Shown one piece after another: positions 37,441-40,060 of a stretch of 40,060 nt of DNA. A program made the translations under genes and the position numbers. Under the pieces are notes generated by a model. That model saw only the letters and a program-made list of their open reading frames with translations, was not told the origin of the DNA and did no database searches. Source of the DNA: a virus (Duplodnaviria; Heunggongvirae; Uroviricota; Caudoviricetes); IMG/VR virus record IMGVR_UViG_2563366805_000009. The stretch is one strand, 5' to 3'. Each line of letters opens with the position of its first letter. The first letter of the stretch is position 1.

Positions 37441-39126
37441 TTATCCTAATCCTGGCCATACCATGACGATGATTGTCCCTGCCAGCGTCAGCAGGACGTT
37501 GGCGATTGCATAGGTGCCCGCATAGCCCAGCGCCGGGATGTTACTGCGAGCTGTATCACTGATGATCTCCATTGCCGGCGCGCAGGTACGTGCGCCCATC
37601 ATTGCGCCGAACAACAGCGCGCGGTTCATTCGCAATACATAAGCACCGAACAAGAAACAGATAACCACGGGCACCAGACTGACAATCAATCCGGCAATCA
37701 ACATCTGACCGCCAATCGCGCCCAGGCCGTTATTAATACCGCTACCGGCGCTCAGACCAACGCCTGCCATAAACACCATCAAGCCGAACTCTTTCACCAT
37801 GCTTAATGCACCCTGCGGAATGTAACCGAAGGTCGGGTGGTTAGCACGCATAAAGCCCAGCATAATTCCGGCGAATAACAACCCGGCAGCGTTCCCCATG
37901 CCGAAACTGAATGTGCTGAACTGGAAGGTGATCATCCCGATCATCAGCCCAATAACAAAGAAGGCGCAGAATGCCAGCAGGTCAGTGACCTGGCTGTGAA
38001 TCGAGATAAAGCCGATGCGATCGGCGATGGTTTTTACGCGGCGGGCATCGCCGCTGACTTGTAAAACGTCACCTTTGTTAAGCACGACGTTGTCATCTAT
38101 CGGCATCTCAATCTGGCTACGAATGACGCGGTTAAGGAAGCAACCGTGATCGGTCAACTTCAGTTGTGCGAGACGTTTACCTACAGCGTTATGGTTTTTA
38201 ACGACCACTTCTTCAGTGACGATACGCATGTCGAGAAGGTCACGATCGAAAACTTCTTTACCGTTACGGAAGCTGGGATCGAGTCGGGCATGGGCGTCGG
38301 GATAGCCTACCAACGCTATTTCATCGCCCATTTGTAGCACGGCATCACCGTCTGGATTTGCCAGAATCCCGTTACGTCGAATACGTTCAATGTAGCAGCC
38401 GGTTTGTCGATAAATACCCAGTTCACGCAGATTTTTGCCGTCGGTCCAGGCCACCAGTTCCGGGCCGACGCGATAGGCGCGGATCACCGGTAAATAAACC
38501 TTACGGTTGGCATCAGTGTCCAGGCCACGTTCGCGGGCGATTTGCTGGGCGCTGGTCTGTAAGTCCTGATGCTGCAATTTCGGCAAGTAACGCGCACCAA
38601 CAATCAAACTCACCAGACCGATTAAATAGGTTAAGGCATACCCGAGGCTCAGATTATCCAGTGCCAGTGAGAGCTGCCTGCTTTCCATGCCGGAATGACG
38701 CAGTGTATCGCCAGCACCGACCAGAACCGGTGTCGACGTCATAGAGCCTGCTAACATACCGGCCGTCAGGCCAATATCCCAGCCAAACAGCTTACCTAAC
38801 CCTAAGGCGATCACCAGCGCACTGCCAACCATCACCAGTGCTAACATTAGGTAATTTTTCCCATCGCGAAAAAAAATGGAAAAAAAGTTCGGTCCGGCTT
38901 CGACCCCGACGCAGAAAATAAACAGCATAAAGCCAAGATTAAGCGCATCGGTGTTAATGCTGAAATGTTGTTGGCCTAATAACAGCGATACGACTAAAAC
39001 GCCAATGGAATTACCCAGTTGGATCGAACCAAGTCGTAACTTTCCGAGACATAGCCCAAGCGCGAGGACCACAAATAATAACAGAATGTAATTCCCATTT
39101 AACAATTCGGCGACGTTTATATTCAC
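37441..39126 (-). CDS. ybjL: Putative transporter YbjL (AAE transporter family, two RCK_C/TrkA_C-like central domains)
   Basis: 561 aa; N-terminus [20 protein letters not shown]… recalled as E. coli YbjL; multi-TM with cytoplasmic middle region. Confidence 0.8.
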
Positions 39127-39395
39127 GGAGGCTAACTTCTTGTTTACTAGTAAGCTGTTGAAAGAAATGGTAATTTACGATAATGTTTTTTACCAGAATT
39201 CAGGGCGCAGATTCATTCAGCGCACCTAAACGATAGTAAAGTAACAATATATTTTACTAGTGTAATCACATTAGGTATCAACGGCTATATGAATTGCGTT
39301 GGCCTATATTAGCATGGAATGCGAAGCGGCTTTATCTTACTGAACGCCACACTGGCGAAAAATGTGTTCGATAGACGCAGTGTCAGGAGGAACGA

Positions 39396-39773
39396 GTGAA
39401 ACATAAACAACGTTGGGCGGGGGCAATCTGCTGTTTTGTCCTCTTCATTGTGGTGTGCCTTTTTCTGGCGACGCACATGAAAGGCGCTTTTCGGGCTGCC
39501 GGGCATCCTGAAATCGGCTTGCTATTTTTCATTCTTCCTGGAGCAGTCGCCAGCTTCTTTTCACAGCGTAGAGAAGTCCTGAAACCTCTGTTTGGCGCAA
39601 TGCTGGCGGCACCCTGTTCGATGCTCATTATGCGGCTGTTTTTTTCACCGACGCGCTCATTCTGGCAAGAGCTGGCATGGTTATTAAGTGCGGTGTTCTG
39701 GTGTGCGCTGGGGGCACTGTGTTTCTTATTTATCAGTAGTTTGTTTAAACCACAGCACAGAAAAAATCAGTAA
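39396..39773 (+). CDS. ybjM: Inner membrane protein YbjM
   Basis: 125 aa, four hydrophobic segments; gene order ybjL-ybjM-grxA as in E. coli K-12. Confidence 0.75.
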   Translation: MKHKQRWAGAICCFVLFIVVCLFLATHMKGAFRAAGHPEIGLLFFILPGAVASFFSQRREVLKPLFGAMLAAPCSMLIMRLFFSPTRSFWQELAWLLSAVFWCALGALCFLFISSLFKPQHRKNQ

Positions 39774-39802
39774 AGCCCTCAACGCGAGGGCTTGTCAGAC
39801 GA

Positions 39803-40060
39803 TCAGGCGTCCAGATTTTCTTTCACCCATGCAGCAAAATCGGTATAGCCGCCGATATGTTGCTGATCGACAAAAATCTGCGGCACGGTTTCTACGGGTT
39901 TACCTGCCTTTTGTTGTAGATCTTCTTTAGTGATCCCTTCCGCACGAATATCTACATAGTGATACTGAAAATCATCGTGTTCATTGCTCAATTTCTCAGC
40001 CAGATCTTTTGCACGCACACAGTAAGGGCAACCCGGACGACCAAAAATAACGGTTTGCAT
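39803..40060 (-). CDS. grxA: Glutaredoxin 1
   Basis: 85 aa, CPYC active site (GRPGCPYCVRAK); start codon is the last 3 nt of the window. Confidence 0.9.
   Translation of the reverse strand: MQTVIFGRPGCPYCVRAKDLAEKLSNEHDDFQYHYVDIRAEGITKEDLQQKAGKPVETVPQIFVDQQHIGGYTDFAAWVKENLDA

Noticed and set aside
1-40060. CRISPR arrays, rRNA or tRNA genes
   Set aside because: No regularly spaced short direct repeats and no recognisable rRNA or tRNA sequence were found; the left att, where a tRNA might lie, is outside the window.

Overview
The window is almost entirely one P2/186-family myovirus prophage (about 37 kb, integrase at 1..1053 through ogr at 36987..37205), followed by host genes that look like Escherichia/Shigella ybjL, ybjM and grxA. 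All calls rest on reading the supplied ORF translations and the raw sequence; no database search was run. Layout: lysogeny/early module (int, a small secreted-peptide moron, CI-like repressor, Apl/Cox-like, CII-like, small ORFs, TraR-like zinc finger, Dam methylase, replication protein A); an accessory region after A (LexA-box gene interrupted by a 1153-bp IS630-type element, two lipoprotein genes, a 181-bp MITE with IS630-like ends); a probable cos site; then structural and lysis genes Q, P, O, N, M, L, X, holin, endolysin, LysA/B/C, R, S, V, W, J, I, H, a Pin-type invertase cassette, FI, FII, E/E', T, U, D, ogr. Most notable: (1) an AT-rich three-gene operon (10984..13202) between cos and the portal gene, unlike P2 core proteins, whose last product has a PD-(D/E)xK-like nuclease motif - a candidate undescribed defence/accessory system; (2) the invertible tail-fibre segment is present as a 1887-bp tandem duplication with the two copies in opposite inversion states and four crossover sites; (3) IS630 has split a LexA-box-controlled small gene at a CTAG target. 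No CRISPR array, rRNA or tRNA was recognised.
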